Of a stretch of DNA of 64,000 nt, positions 38,862-48,505 are shown piece after piece. The first letter of the stretch is position 1; each line of letters opens with the position of its first letter. The position numbers were made by a program, and so were the translations under genes. The DNA comes from Methanobacteriota archaeon (GTDB lineage Archaea; Thermoplasmatota; Poseidoniia; Poseidoniales; Poseidoniaceae), in NCBI GenBank assembly GCA_018662825.1, contig JABJFI010000095.1:1204-65203 (forward strand), in the 5' to 3' direction. The notes beneath the pieces are model-generated. The model had not been told where the DNA came from and searched no databases. It was given only the letters and a program-made list of their open reading frames with translations.

Positions 38862-39320
38862 ATGACCGACGATGACCTTGTGGCAAAATATGCGGCGGAA
38901 GCACGGGCTTCAATTTCTGCTGAAGCCAGCAGTCGGATTGAGGAAATGACCGACCCTGTGGAAGAAGAACGTCTTCGCACATCATCATTGCTCCCGTTTA
39001 TTGGAACAGGAGATTTTGTTCCTGCTTTACTCTCTCGATTGGGTGATGTCCGAGCAGCTCTTGATGGACATGGTGGAGGCATTGCAGTTTCTGAACTTGA
39101 TTGGGGGGGAGGGGGGTCTGCGCAACTCGACCTTGTTTTGGATTTGACTGGCGCATGCCTTTCATGTGGTGCTGCACCTGGAACACTTGAAGGGGTAAAA
39201 ACAGATTTAGAAACGGATAAAGAAATATGTCGTGTCCGATTTTCTTCTGCCTTACTCGACACATTTGATGAGTTGGGTAGAGAATTCATTTTGGCTCATG
39301 GTGCCGTTGAGTTTGTTTGA
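38862..39320 (+). CDS. NifU C-terminal-domain (Nfu-like) Fe-S carrier protein
   Basis: DGHGGGIAVSELDW...LDLTGACLSCGAAPGTLEGV, the Nfu CxxC motif. Divergent from the suf operon. Confidence 0.7.
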   Translation: MTDDDLVAKYAAEARASISAEASSRIEEMTDPVEEERLRTSSLLPFIGTGDFVPALLSRLGDVRAALDGHGGGIAVSELDWGGGGSAQLDLVLDLTGACLSCGAAPGTLEGVKTDLETDKEICRVRFSSALLDTFDELGREFILAHGAVEFV

Positions 39321-39338
39321 ATTATTTCTCACTCTTGA

Positions 39339-41642
39339 ATGGATGGGTTGAAAGACGCGAAGGAAGGGGTGTGGGGTATGGGAGCATGGACTGATGGCCG
39401 TCGAGATGACCCCGTACCTTGTCGTGAAGTCGACATAGGATTGTTTGAAATTACAATTCGAGATGGGAGAGGGCGATTAGGACGTTTGCATACAGAACAT
39501 GGTATTCTTGAAACTCCTGCCCTATTACCAGTTATCAATCCAAACATTAGAACAATTGAACCACGTGAAATGTGGGACCGGTATGGAATTGGTGCATTGA
39601 TAACAAATTCATACATCATTTGGAAGCATGAAGGTCTCAAAAATGTTGCAACCTCTGACGGAGTCCACAAACTCTTGGATTATCCAGGTGTCATCATGAC
39701 TGATTCGGGGACATTTCAAGCCTATGTTTACGGCGATGTTGAAGTTGGTGTCGAAGAAATTGTTGAGTTTCAGCGTAGTATTGGTGTCGATATTGCAACA
39801 ATGCTCGATGTATTTTCCCGCCCGGATATGACTGAAGAACAAGTTGCTAAATGTGTTCAAGAAACAATTGAACGCGCACCAGCAAGTGTCGTTGCCGCAG
39901 GAACAACAATGCTCAATGGACCAATTCAAGGTGGATTGTTCAAACATCTTCGCACTCAATCTGCTCAAGGCATGGGAGAATTTGATTTCGCCATCCATCC
40001 AATTGGCGGCATTGTCCCTGTCATGGAACGTCACCTCTACAAGGATTATGCAAAAATAATGTTGGCATCTATCCCTCATCTACCTCCAAATCGCCCAGTC
40101 CACATGTTCGGCTGTGGCCATCCAATGTTATTCCCGATGTCTATTGCTTTGGGAGCTGATTTGTTCGATTCAGCGGCTTACGCACTTTTTGCTCGTGATG
40201 GGCGTTTATTGACACCTTGGGGGACTCAAAAAATTGCGACTTTGGTTGAATGGCCTGAACGCATGCCTTGTGTCGCTCACCTTACACCAGTCGAAGTCCG
40301 AGAAATGGAAAAAGATGACAGAATTGCTCTTTTGGCTCGATATAATCTCGAGGTGACTTTAGCGGAACTTGATCGATGTAAACAAGCTATCCGCGATGGC
40401 ACTCTTTGGCGATTGGCTGAACGTCGAAGTCACCAACATCCCGCACTCAGAGAAGCTTTTTTGTGGCTTTCTACAAGCCCCCATAACAAGAAACTCGATT
40501 TACAATTATTAGAGGAATTAGTCCTTGACGATAGAGATGCTGCCAAAGACAGGGAGGCAAATCCAGGGAAATGGGAAAATGCTTGGGATTGGATTGTTAA
40601 TTCCCAAGAATCCCCTCGCAAAGGCGGAGAGCCTTGGGGTGGTGAAGATACCATTTCACGTCCACATATCCATGCAGCGCAACTTGCTTTGAAGCAACAT
40701 TGGAGGCCACAAAATCGAGATGGAAAAGGTCGTGAGGAGGTCCTTATTGCTTATGGTACATCAGGCCCTTGGCGAGAACGATTGAGTGACTTAATGGCTC
40801 GACTAGAACATCATTGCCCGGGTTTGGAAGTCATGATTCAAACCCCAATTGGACTACTCCCTTACTCATTGGAAGACCTCAATCCATTCACACATATCGA
40901 TGGACCTCAATGGCTTTGGCGCCGGCGTCCAAACCCCCTAAAGGTTCGAGAAGAGCTCAAACATTACGGCATGGGTGAGAGACGCGTAATTCTTGTGGAT
41001 TTGCTTGGTGATGGAATCCAATCCCGTGCCCTTGATGCCCTATTTGAAGCCGGTGTTCTTGACAGTGTATCAGATTCCGATGTCCGCCTTCAATCATTGG
41101 ATAAAGAACAACGTGATGAAGCAAAACTCCGCCTACAGAGAAGGCATGTTGCCGACAAAATGGTGCTCTTGCTCAATTTGAAACGAGAGGTCGTTAATAC
41201 TATGTTGAAAGATTCAACCTTCGTGGTAAACCGCTTGGGACGAGTTAAGAATGCACTGCTCTCGAATGGCACCCATATTGTTAGCCCTAGATTGACCGAC
41301 GGCGGATTATCCATTACAAATGGTGGCGCTCTAGAGATTCATGCACTACGAACGAATTCTCTACCACTCGGGTTTGAAGGAAATGAGAAACAAAGTTCTG
41401 TTTCACAGGGTCCAGCTTGGGTAGTCATCAACGATGATGCCGAACCTTTTGTCCGGCAAGGCCGCAATGTGTTTCATGGATTCATTCTTGGTTGCGATTC
41501 GTGGATTTCACCGGGGAAAACCTGCCTGTTAGTCAATAGAAAAGGCGAACTCATCGGCCATGGATTATCCCAATGTACAAGTTCTGACATGCAATATTTC
41601 CGAAAAGGAGTGGCTGTAAAAACTCGTGGCGGAATAGAATAA
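39339..41642 (+). CDS. tgtA: Archaeosine tRNA-guanine transglycosylase (ArcTGT), unusually long (767 aa), C-terminal PUA domain
   Basis: FEITIRDGRGRLGRLHTEHGILETPALLPVINP, MTDSGTFQ, IHPIGGIVP, RPVHMFGCGHP, GADLFDSAAYAL: colinear with P. horikoshii ArcTGT as I recall it. PUA-like end VINDDAEPFVRQGRNVF...GVAVKTRGG. Confidence 0.85.
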   Translation: MDGLKDAKEGVWGMGAWTDGRRDDPVPCREVDIGLFEITIRDGRGRLGRLHTEHGILETPALLPVINPNIRTIEPREMWDRYGIGALITNSYIIWKHEGLKNVATSDGVHKLLDYPGVIMTDSGTFQAYVYGDVEVGVEEIVEFQRSIGVDIATMLDVFSRPDMTEEQVAKCVQETIERAPASVVAAGTTMLNGPIQGGLFKHLRTQSAQGMGEFDFAIHPIGGIVPVMERHLYKDYAKIMLASIPHLPPNRPVHMFGCGHPMLFPMSIALGADLFDSAAYALFARDGRLLTPWGTQKIATLVEWPERMPCVAHLTPVEVREMEKDDRIALLARYNLEVTLAELDRCKQAIRDGTLWRLAERRSHQHPALREAFLWLSTSPHNKKLDLQLLEELVLDDRDAAKDREANPGKWENAWDWIVNSQESPRKGGEPWGGEDTISRPHIHAAQLALKQHWRPQNRDGKGREEVLIAYGTSGPWRERLSDLMARLEHHCPGLEVMIQTPIGLLPYSLEDLNPFTHIDGPQWLWRRRPNPLKVREELKHYGMGERRVILVDLLGDGIQSRALDALFEAGVLDSVSDSDVRLQSLDKEQRDEAKLRLQRRHVADKMVLLLNLKREVVNTMLKDSTFVVNRLGRVKNALLSNGTHIVSPRLTDGGLSITNGGALEIHALRTNSLPLGFEGNEKQSSVSQGPAWVVINDDAEPFVRQGRNVFHGFILGCDSWISPGKTCLLVNRKGELIGHGLSQCTSSDMQYFRKGVAVKTRGGIE

Positions 41643-41715
41643 TTGCCAGATTGAGTTAAAATAATCCGTGGTATACTTCAAAGAGCGCCTCGAATCTCTC
41701 AAAACTAGGGGGAGT

Positions 41716-42729
41716 ATGGTGAAAGACGACTTCATCATCAAAACCACAAATTTGACCAAGTCTTATGGTCCCCATGTTGCTTTGAATAAACTCAATCTAT
41801 CGGTCCCTCATGGCGCTACCGGCTTACTTGGACCAAACGGAGCAGGAAAGTCTACATTTTTGAAAACAATTCTTGGATTGATTCAAACCACTGAAGGCGA
41901 GGGTACTGTTCTCGGTCTTGATATTCGAACCCAAGGGGACCAGATTCGTTCACGTATTGGTTACATGCCTGAATATGATTCCTTAAACCCTGATATGGAA
42001 GCGATTCATCAAGTTCGTTACTCTGGAGAATTGCTCGGCATGAACCCCACAATTGCTCTCTCTCGTGCACACGAAGCTTTGCAGTATGTTGGTTTGGGAG
42101 AACAACGATATCGTACTATTGGAAGTTACTCAACTGGTATGAAACAAGCAACAAAACTCGCTTGTGCCCTTATTCACGACCCAGAATTAATCATCGCTGA
42201 TGAGCCTTCAAATGGCCTTGATATCACTGCGCGTAACTACATGATCGAGACCCTAACTAACACAGTATTGACTGGAAACCGCTCTGTGCTTATGGCCTCA
42301 CATTTGATGGATGATGTCGAACGTGTTTGTGATAATTTCATACTTCTTCACAAGGGCAAACTGGCAGCTCAGGGGCGTATTGAAGACCTCAAGGCCTTTG
42401 ACCGCGAAATTGAGATTCATGTGTGGGGTGGTGCATCGCGCCTAGAAGAAGCGATGATTGCACAAGGTTTGGGTGTCCGACGAGAAGGAAGGGTCATGAG
42501 GATACTACATGAGCAAGAAGATACTACTTCGATTATCATGAGGTGCGCCGCTGATGTCGGTGCTCAAATTCGTCGCATGCATGAGTACGAGGCGTCCTTA
42601 GAGGATTTATTCCTTTCAATTATGGAAAACTTGGGATATGATGTCAAATCGAGTGAAGATTTACTGGCATCACCAGTTCAGGCTCGCAAGGTAGACGCAC
42701 CGGAACACATGGGTGGTGGTTCAGCATGA
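41716..42729 (+). CDS. ABC transporter ATP-binding protein (ABC-2 exporter type)
   Basis: GPNGAGKST Walker A, YSTGMKQ signature, LIIADEPSNGLD Walker B, ASH. ATG at 41716 with GGGGGAG upstream. Confidence 0.88.
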   Translation: MVKDDFIIKTTNLTKSYGPHVALNKLNLSVPHGATGLLGPNGAGKSTFLKTILGLIQTTEGEGTVLGLDIRTQGDQIRSRIGYMPEYDSLNPDMEAIHQVRYSGELLGMNPTIALSRAHEALQYVGLGEQRYRTIGSYSTGMKQATKLACALIHDPELIIADEPSNGLDITARNYMIETLTNTVLTGNRSVLMASHLMDDVERVCDNFILLHKGKLAAQGRIEDLKAFDREIEIHVWGGASRLEEAMIAQGLGVRREGRVMRILHEQEDTTSIIMRCAADVGAQIRRMHEYEASLEDLFLSIMENLGYDVKSSEDLLASPVQARKVDAPEHMGGGSA

Positions 42730-43784
42730 ATCCCTCTGAAGAAAATCAACCTATAACCGAGCCCGTTGCCACTCAATCGGTTGAATATGCCGCCGAAGCA
42801 CCCGTCACAGGTAAAGGCAGATTAGAAGCGGCTTGGGGTTCAACTGAGGGTGATGAAGACCTCTCAGTTTCAACACCTACAACACCAAAAACAGATGGTC
42901 AGATATTCAAGCAACAATACAAAACTTGGAACGGAGAACTCAATCCTCGGTGGATGAGAAATTGGGCGATTTTACGCCATCACTTGCTCGGAGTGTTCAA
43001 AAAAGGCCATCGGCCTTGGGGTGTAGCAATTCGGTTGTATTTGTTAGTCGTATTTATCGCATCCATGTCCGATGTAGGTATGACTTTGGTTTCTGGGGTG
43101 ATAGGCGATTCTGGACTTCACTCCGTCTGGGGCGTAAGTCGAGATAATCTCTATGGGCATGTACTTGGATTCTTTCCTCGAAACATGCTGTATTATCCTG
43201 TGGTTGCGGCCTTGTTGGTGGGTGGAGTCATTTCCGAAGACCGCCAACATGGGACCTCGGCACTATATTTCTCTCGGCCAATAACTCGGTTCGATTATGT
43301 GGCGATGAAATTCACCTCTGTTGCGATGATTCAAGGACTGCTCATTTTGGTCACTTTGGCACTCTACTATTTTGCTGAAATTTTAACGATGGGTCGCGGT
43401 TGGGCGTGGATTATTGACACATTCCCAATGTTCCTTGCTACTGTATTCAGTGCGATATTGTTGATTTTCACCTACACAAGTATTGGACTCGCCTTGTCAA
43501 GTGTATCCAAGGGGAAATTTTTCCCAGGTATTGCCTTACTTGCGATTATACTTGGTACGAAGGTATTGGCATTTATCGTCTCAAATCTCTTTGACCGAGA
43601 GATTCTCTATCTCATCTCGCCATATGATTGTTTAGCGCATGTCGGACAAGCGATTATTGGGACTCAACCAACCTATGACCAATACTCTTGGACATGGTCA
43701 CTGGCCTCTCTGGCAGCCATGAATGGCTTAGCGTTGTATGTGTTGAGTACACGTGTTTCATCCATGGAGGTGACACGAGAATGA
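42726..43784 (+). CDS. ABC-2-type transporter permease
   Basis: 6 predicted TM segments. GGVISEDRQHGTSALYFSRPITR matches the E-x-G-T...P(I/V)(S/T)R block of ABC-2 permeases. 4-nt overlap with the preceding gene. Confidence 0.6.
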   Translation: MNPSEENQPITEPVATQSVEYAAEAPVTGKGRLEAAWGSTEGDEDLSVSTPTTPKTDGQIFKQQYKTWNGELNPRWMRNWAILRHHLLGVFKKGHRPWGVAIRLYLLVVFIASMSDVGMTLVSGVIGDSGLHSVWGVSRDNLYGHVLGFFPRNMLYYPVVAALLVGGVISEDRQHGTSALYFSRPITRFDYVAMKFTSVAMIQGLLILVTLALYYFAEILTMGRGWAWIIDTFPMFLATVFSAILLIFTYTSIGLALSSVSKGKFFPGIALLAIILGTKVLAFIVSNLFDREILYLISPYDCLAHVGQAIIGTQPTYDQYSWTWSLASLAAMNGLALYVLSTRVSSMEVTRE

Positions 43785-44773
43785 TTCCCGACTTTGACCA
43801 ACAGGGAAAGGCGCAAACAAAAGAATGGGCGCCCGAAGTATCCGCTCCAGCAATTCTTTTGGAAAATGTATCCAAAAGTTATGGGCGGATTTTCGCATTA
43901 TCAAATATTACTTTGGCACTCAATGGCGGCGTCACTGGTGTACTCGGTATGAATGGAGCAGGAAAGTCAACCTTGTTCAATATCTTGATGGGGAAACTCA
44001 AAGTTAGTCAAGGTAGTGTCAAACTTTTTGGTACCAACCCTTGGAAAAATACTGCTCCATATGCTCGGGTGGGCTTCGTTCCAGAGCATGAAAAGTTGTA
44101 TGATTGGATGACCGGGCATGGATTTGTTTCCACATTTGCTCGGCTCAATGGTTTGACTCGTGATGAAGCCAAAATTGAAGCGGACCGTGTCTTGAATTTT
44201 GTTGGACTCACTGATGTAGCACACAAAAAAATGGGACAATATTCCAAAGGAATGCGACAACGAGCAAAAATTGCTCATGCATTGGTCAATGATCCTGAAT
44301 TGATAATTCTTGATGAACCGCTCCAAGGATGTGACCCTCTTGCTCGAACCACCATAATGAATGTGATACGAGAACTAGGGCGCATGGGGAGAACCGTACT
44401 TGTCAGCAGCCATATTTTGCAAGAAATTGAGCGCATTACTGAGCAAATCGTGATATTGCACCAAGGACGATTGCTCGCTTTAGGAAACCTGCATGCCATT
44501 CGAGAACGACTTGACCAAATCCCACACCGAATTTCAATTCAAGCTGAGAATCCGAAAGCGCTTGCGAAAAATGTTATTGATATTGATGAGGTCTTCGGAA
44601 TTTCTTTCCCCGATGGGAAAAACCTCTCAATCCAAACGCACAACCTTGGCGCAATACACTCGCAACTTCCACGTATAATCGTCGAAAATGACCACAAAAT
44701 TACTTCAATTGACAATCCCGATGACGATTTGGCATCAATATTGGGCTACCTCACATCCGGAGGTGGTGCATGA
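43781..44773 (+). CDS. ABC transporter ATP-binding protein (second copy)
   Basis: GMNGAGKST, YSKGMRQR, LIILDEPLQGCD, SSH. ATGA overlap with the preceding permease stop. Confidence 0.88.
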   Translation: MIPDFDQQGKAQTKEWAPEVSAPAILLENVSKSYGRIFALSNITLALNGGVTGVLGMNGAGKSTLFNILMGKLKVSQGSVKLFGTNPWKNTAPYARVGFVPEHEKLYDWMTGHGFVSTFARLNGLTRDEAKIEADRVLNFVGLTDVAHKKMGQYSKGMRQRAKIAHALVNDPELIILDEPLQGCDPLARTTIMNVIRELGRMGRTVLVSSHILQEIERITEQIVILHQGRLLALGNLHAIRERLDQIPHRISIQAENPKALAKNVIDIDEVFGISFPDGKNLSIQTHNLGAIHSQLPRIIVENDHKITSIDNPDDDLASILGYLTSGGGA

Positions 44774-46095
44774 TGGCAACAAAACCCGATACCATATATC
44801 GCGCCTTTGACCGCAAAGCGTCGGCAATTGTTGAGTTCACTCTCCGACAGTATCGTACTCGAACTTCAACCTGGGTGGTTCTCGGTGTTGGCTTTACTGC
44901 ACTTGCCCTCATTTTCTTAATCTATATTGATGTGATGAGTTCGGAATTTGACTCATACGATAACGATGGCGATTCACTGGATTATGATAACGATGGGTAT
45001 CCTAGCGGTCAGGAAATACGTTTGGGAACCGACCCATGGGATAGTGAATCTCACCCGGGATTATTCGACCCACCTGTAGAGCCAGACCCCGTTTCAATGT
45101 ATATCAACGAAGATGGTTTTGATTGGGATATCACTTCGAAACTTGGTAAACAAACGGCAGGCTATGATGATGATGGCGATTGTTTGAATTCAGACAAAAC
45201 CGCTTCGCAAAAAGACACAAATGACAATGGCGTACCTTGCGACATTGTTGTCGAATTCTACCGAACTTCAGATGGTCAGATTTATTCTGAAATCGACGCA
45301 GATTTTGGTGTAGATGAAGACCCGGATGAAGATGCTTATTCGCGTGAAGCAATACACTTGGCATTTGTTCTCTCTATCGGCAAATTGGGCTTTGTTCTGT
45401 TACTTGGAATTTTTTTGCCTTTATTCATGGCTACAGGGCTAATTCGTGATGAAATGACTTCGGGAACTATGCATTATATGCTTGCCAAACCTATTGCTCG
45501 TTCTGAAGTATTTCTCTATCGAACATTGGGTTATTTGGGAATCGTGTGGCCATATGTGATTGCCCTTGGCATTCTTGGTGCGCTGATTTCAGGATTTGTT
45601 GGTCCGAGTGAATCCTTTTTTAGATTTGCAGATTTAGGTGTTTGGTTGGCAATTATTTTTGCAACAATGATGGCAACTCTAGTTTATGGAATGTTGTTCA
45701 ATGCACTTGGAGTATTTTGGAAATATGGAATCATCCTCGCAATCCCATTTGCAGCATGGGAATTGGGTATGGCTCTGCTCTCAATGGGAGTCCCCGACGC
45801 AACCATTCTGAGGTTCTCTGTCGTGGGTTGGGCCTTGATGATTGTCGACGCCGCAGCGATGATGGTTTGGCCAAACCTCGACTTATTCATTGTCATGGGC
45901 TGGTGGGGTGGTGGCGAAGGAGGGGTTTTCAAATCACTCGACGGTGCTGCGCCTCTGGATTTCTTCTCCTCCAAGCCCGGCATGGGGCTTTCAGCTTTCT
46001 CAGCAACGATTGTTGCAACATTAGTATTACTTTTCCAAGCAGCGATTCTTTGGTTCATCGGTGGAGCATTATTCAAGGGTAAGGAGATTCAGTAA
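44770..46095 (+). CDS. ABC-2-type permease with a large extracytoplasmic loop carrying Ca-binding (thrombospondin type-3-like) Asp repeats
   Basis: DNDGDSLDYDNDGYPSGQEIRLGTDPWDSES and DDDGDCLNSD...DTNDNGVPCD lie between TM1 and TM2. GLIRDEMTSGTMHYMLAKPIARS is the ABC-2 block. Confidence 0.55.
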   Translation: MMATKPDTIYRAFDRKASAIVEFTLRQYRTRTSTWVVLGVGFTALALIFLIYIDVMSSEFDSYDNDGDSLDYDNDGYPSGQEIRLGTDPWDSESHPGLFDPPVEPDPVSMYINEDGFDWDITSKLGKQTAGYDDDGDCLNSDKTASQKDTNDNGVPCDIVVEFYRTSDGQIYSEIDADFGVDEDPDEDAYSREAIHLAFVLSIGKLGFVLLLGIFLPLFMATGLIRDEMTSGTMHYMLAKPIARSEVFLYRTLGYLGIVWPYVIALGILGALISGFVGPSESFFRFADLGVWLAIIFATMMATLVYGMLFNALGVFWKYGIILAIPFAAWELGMALLSMGVPDATILRFSVVGWALMIVDAAAMMVWPNLDLFIVMGWWGGGEGGVFKSLDGAAPLDFFSSKPGMGLSAFSATIVATLVLLFQAAILWFIGGALFKGKEIQ

Positions 46096-47297
46096 TGCAA
46101 GATATGACCAGTTTTTCTGGTGACCTTTCCAAACTTTGGTCATTACAAGATCGCACTCCACTTCATCATCTCACTTGGGATTGGTGGTGGTGGCTGGTCA
46201 TGCTTGATGACCCAGATGGCCGACCTAGTGGCCGACAATTGATGGTTCTCTGGTCGACAAAAGACAATGATTTAGTCGAAGTAAATGGGGTGCCTTGGAT
46301 GCCAGCAGGAAGGCCGGGCATTGATGATGGAAAGGGCATGGCGTTAGATGGGATGGTATGCGCATGGTGGTTCGATGGAAAACAGATGCATGAGCCAGTC
46401 ATTCAGCAAATATGTCGGATTATTTCAATGCCGGATACTCATCCAAATTGGCCAGGAAATAATACCCAAACGGGGAAAGGAGGAGGAGCAGTTGTACCAC
46501 TTTTGGATGAAGACCTTTCTATGGGTCTAAAGAGTGACCTGAGTTCGTTTTGGATACGATTATCCACCGATGAAGAAGCTACACATCCGAAAGTCCCCAA
46601 AATTTTTGACCTAAATCTAACACCTTGGAATTCGGCAATGTCAACTGCGCGTCAGGCAAGTGCCACTTACGCTGCAAACATGGGTTACGACATCCTCCGC
46701 CTACACGGGACACGCGTAAATGGAAAATTGGATGATGAGGAAGTAAAGGGGACTGCTTATTTTCAGAAGGTCTGTGTCCAAGCCCCTTCTGTACCATGGT
46801 ATTGGGGTATGCTCCATCTCAATGATGGTTCATACATCGATTGGTTTTTGCCTCATGTTTCATTTACAGTCACCGCAAGGGATAACCGCCCATGGAAACG
46901 GCGTGATGCTGGACATTTGGCCCTTTCACAGGGCGGTTTATTTCATGACCCTGTCAACAACCGAACCGAACGTTTTTCGAAAGTTCTCGTTCAAAAATTG
47001 AGTTCGTCAATAACTGAAGGGGAGCACGGCAACTCTCCTGGAGCACCTTTGCCCGTCTTTGAAGTTAAAATGTGGAATGGGCGCACCACCATTGAGTTGC
47101 GTGTTCAAGCCATTGAACGAGCTCATTGGACTTTTGACCAGCCGACAAGAGGTGGGCTCAAATCTCATCTCACTTACAATGAATATCCACTTCGAATGGA
47201 ATATCTTAGAATTCAAGATGAATTCGGAATACGCAACGAATCGGATTATGAGTGGGCGAGAGGAAATGCTGAACATTCATGGGGATTATTGCATTAA
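46095..47297 (+). CDS. Hypothetical protein, possibly of the CrtC/AttH/tocopherol-cyclase-like lipocalin-fold superfamily
   Basis: Start overlaps the preceding stop (TAATG). HHLTWDWWWWLVML resembles the EWWY block of CrtC/AttH. GTAYFQKVCVQAPSVPWYWGML resembles G.gY.EK.WG...P..W.W of tocopherol cyclase. Weak, by eye only. Confidence 0.35.
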   Translation: MQDMTSFSGDLSKLWSLQDRTPLHHLTWDWWWWLVMLDDPDGRPSGRQLMVLWSTKDNDLVEVNGVPWMPAGRPGIDDGKGMALDGMVCAWWFDGKQMHEPVIQQICRIISMPDTHPNWPGNNTQTGKGGGAVVPLLDEDLSMGLKSDLSSFWIRLSTDEEATHPKVPKIFDLNLTPWNSAMSTARQASATYAANMGYDILRLHGTRVNGKLDDEEVKGTAYFQKVCVQAPSVPWYWGMLHLNDGSYIDWFLPHVSFTVTARDNRPWKRRDAGHLALSQGGLFHDPVNNRTERFSKVLVQKLSSSITEGEHGNSPGAPLPVFEVKMWNGRTTIELRVQAIERAHWTFDQPTRGGLKSHLTYNEYPLRMEYLRIQDEFGIRNESDYEWARGNAEHSWGLLH

Positions 47298-47313
47298 CGG
47301 CGCCCAGTAGCAG

Positions 47314-47320
47314 TTTTTTT
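47314..47320 (+). terminator. Oligo-T (T7) tract 17 nt after the stop of the 41716-47297 operon: candidate archaeal intrinsic terminator
   Basis: cagtttttttaatt read directly. Archaeal RNAP terminates at oligo-T. No experimental support. Confidence 0.3.
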
Positions 47321-47396
47321 AATTCATCAATCCGATGGTGTATAGTGCAAGGTATTATGTGCGTGGAGTGCTAGACGATAGCGAGGAGAGATAGCA

Positions 47397-48440
47397 GTGA
47401 GCGAAGAATCCGATGCCGACAACGAACCAACTAATGATGTTCAAACAACTGATGAAGCGAAGAAAGATGCCGACAATGCTCGCTTGGCAAAGACATTCCG
47501 TTTAATCAGTGGTGAAGAGGTGCTACTCACCAAAAGGCCTAGCGGCTTTGCCTTTTTGGGCATGTATCTTCTCGGATTATTAGTTCTTGCAATTCACTTT
47601 ATCTTTGATAATGCAAATTCACTCTCTTCAGAAGATTCAAGTGGTTTTATCAAGATTGCATTGGCGGTTATCGACATCACTGGTGGAGAAAAGTGGCCAT
47701 TTGGCTTTGTCTTCGTAATGTTGTTTATTACTTGGATGAATCGTTTGGTTAACGTCTCGACATCCGGACGTTGGGTGACAATTGGACTTCTCATCATTAC
47801 ACTGACCCCACTTATCATCCAATTGGACGACATCCTGTATTGGGTAACTGACCTTTGGATGGATGAACCTGTTGGAGATTTCATTCCGATTGATAATTAC
47901 AATTATCTGATATTTGGAGTGGGCTTTGTGAGCATCTACATGGCTTTGACCTTTTATTACCAGCGAAGTTTCCATTATGCCGTGACGACAGATGCAGTTA
48001 TTTTTGAACACAGTTTCTTGCTTTCGCGTTCGCACCGTCGAATTCTTTTCGACCGTATTTCCGAAGTCATGGTCGAGCGCTCACCTGTTGGCACTATACT
48101 TGGATTTGCAACCGTAACAATTCTCACTGATTCAGGTGTTGGAATTGTCGAAGAAAACACCGGTCCTGGCATTGCAGGCGCCATTCCAGGAACTACTGAA
48201 AAAGCAGGCGATTCAACCACTGCAAAAGCCGGCAAGGGAATTCTTCGCTCAGTTGTTGGGTTACTCACCTACCAAAGAACAATCCGAACCGTTCGTGCAG
48301 ACCCAAAGCACTGCATGTATAATATTCGTAATTGGGAAAGTGCAAAGGCGCTTCTCAATGAAAAGCATAAGGAACACAGTCAATCAAACCTCCTTAAAGA
48401 CTTGAAAGACACCATCGTTGCATCAAATGATGAAAATTGA
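47397..48440 (+). CDS. Membrane protein with bacterial-type PH (bPH_2, YdbS/YdbT-like) domain
   Basis: Several TM helices, then YQRSFHYAVTTDAVIFEHSFLLSRSHRRILFDRISEVMVERSPVGTILGFATVTILTD, the Y.vT...l....G.l.r....i...rI..v...q....r..g...l pattern. GTG start. Confidence 0.55.
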   Translation: MSEESDADNEPTNDVQTTDEAKKDADNARLAKTFRLISGEEVLLTKRPSGFAFLGMYLLGLLVLAIHFIFDNANSLSSEDSSGFIKIALAVIDITGGEKWPFGFVFVMLFITWMNRLVNVSTSGRWVTIGLLIITLTPLIIQLDDILYWVTDLWMDEPVGDFIPIDNYNYLIFGVGFVSIYMALTFYYQRSFHYAVTTDAVIFEHSFLLSRSHRRILFDRISEVMVERSPVGTILGFATVTILTDSGVGIVEENTGPGIAGAIPGTTEKAGDSTTAKAGKGILRSVVGLLTYQRTIRTVRADPKHCMYNIRNWESAKALLNEKHKEHSQSNLLKDLKDTIVASNDEN

Positions 48441-48505
48441 TTCCTAACTGCACCAACGAGTATTTCAAAAACTGAATACAACCGCGTAGAGAAAGAGGCG
48501 ATACT

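Noticed and set aside
38822-39289. 155-aa and 88-aa minus-strand ORFs opposite the Nfu-like gene
   Set aside because: Ser/Pro/Arg-rich junk composition. The plus-strand frame carries a clear Nfu CxxC motif and a sensible SD and start.
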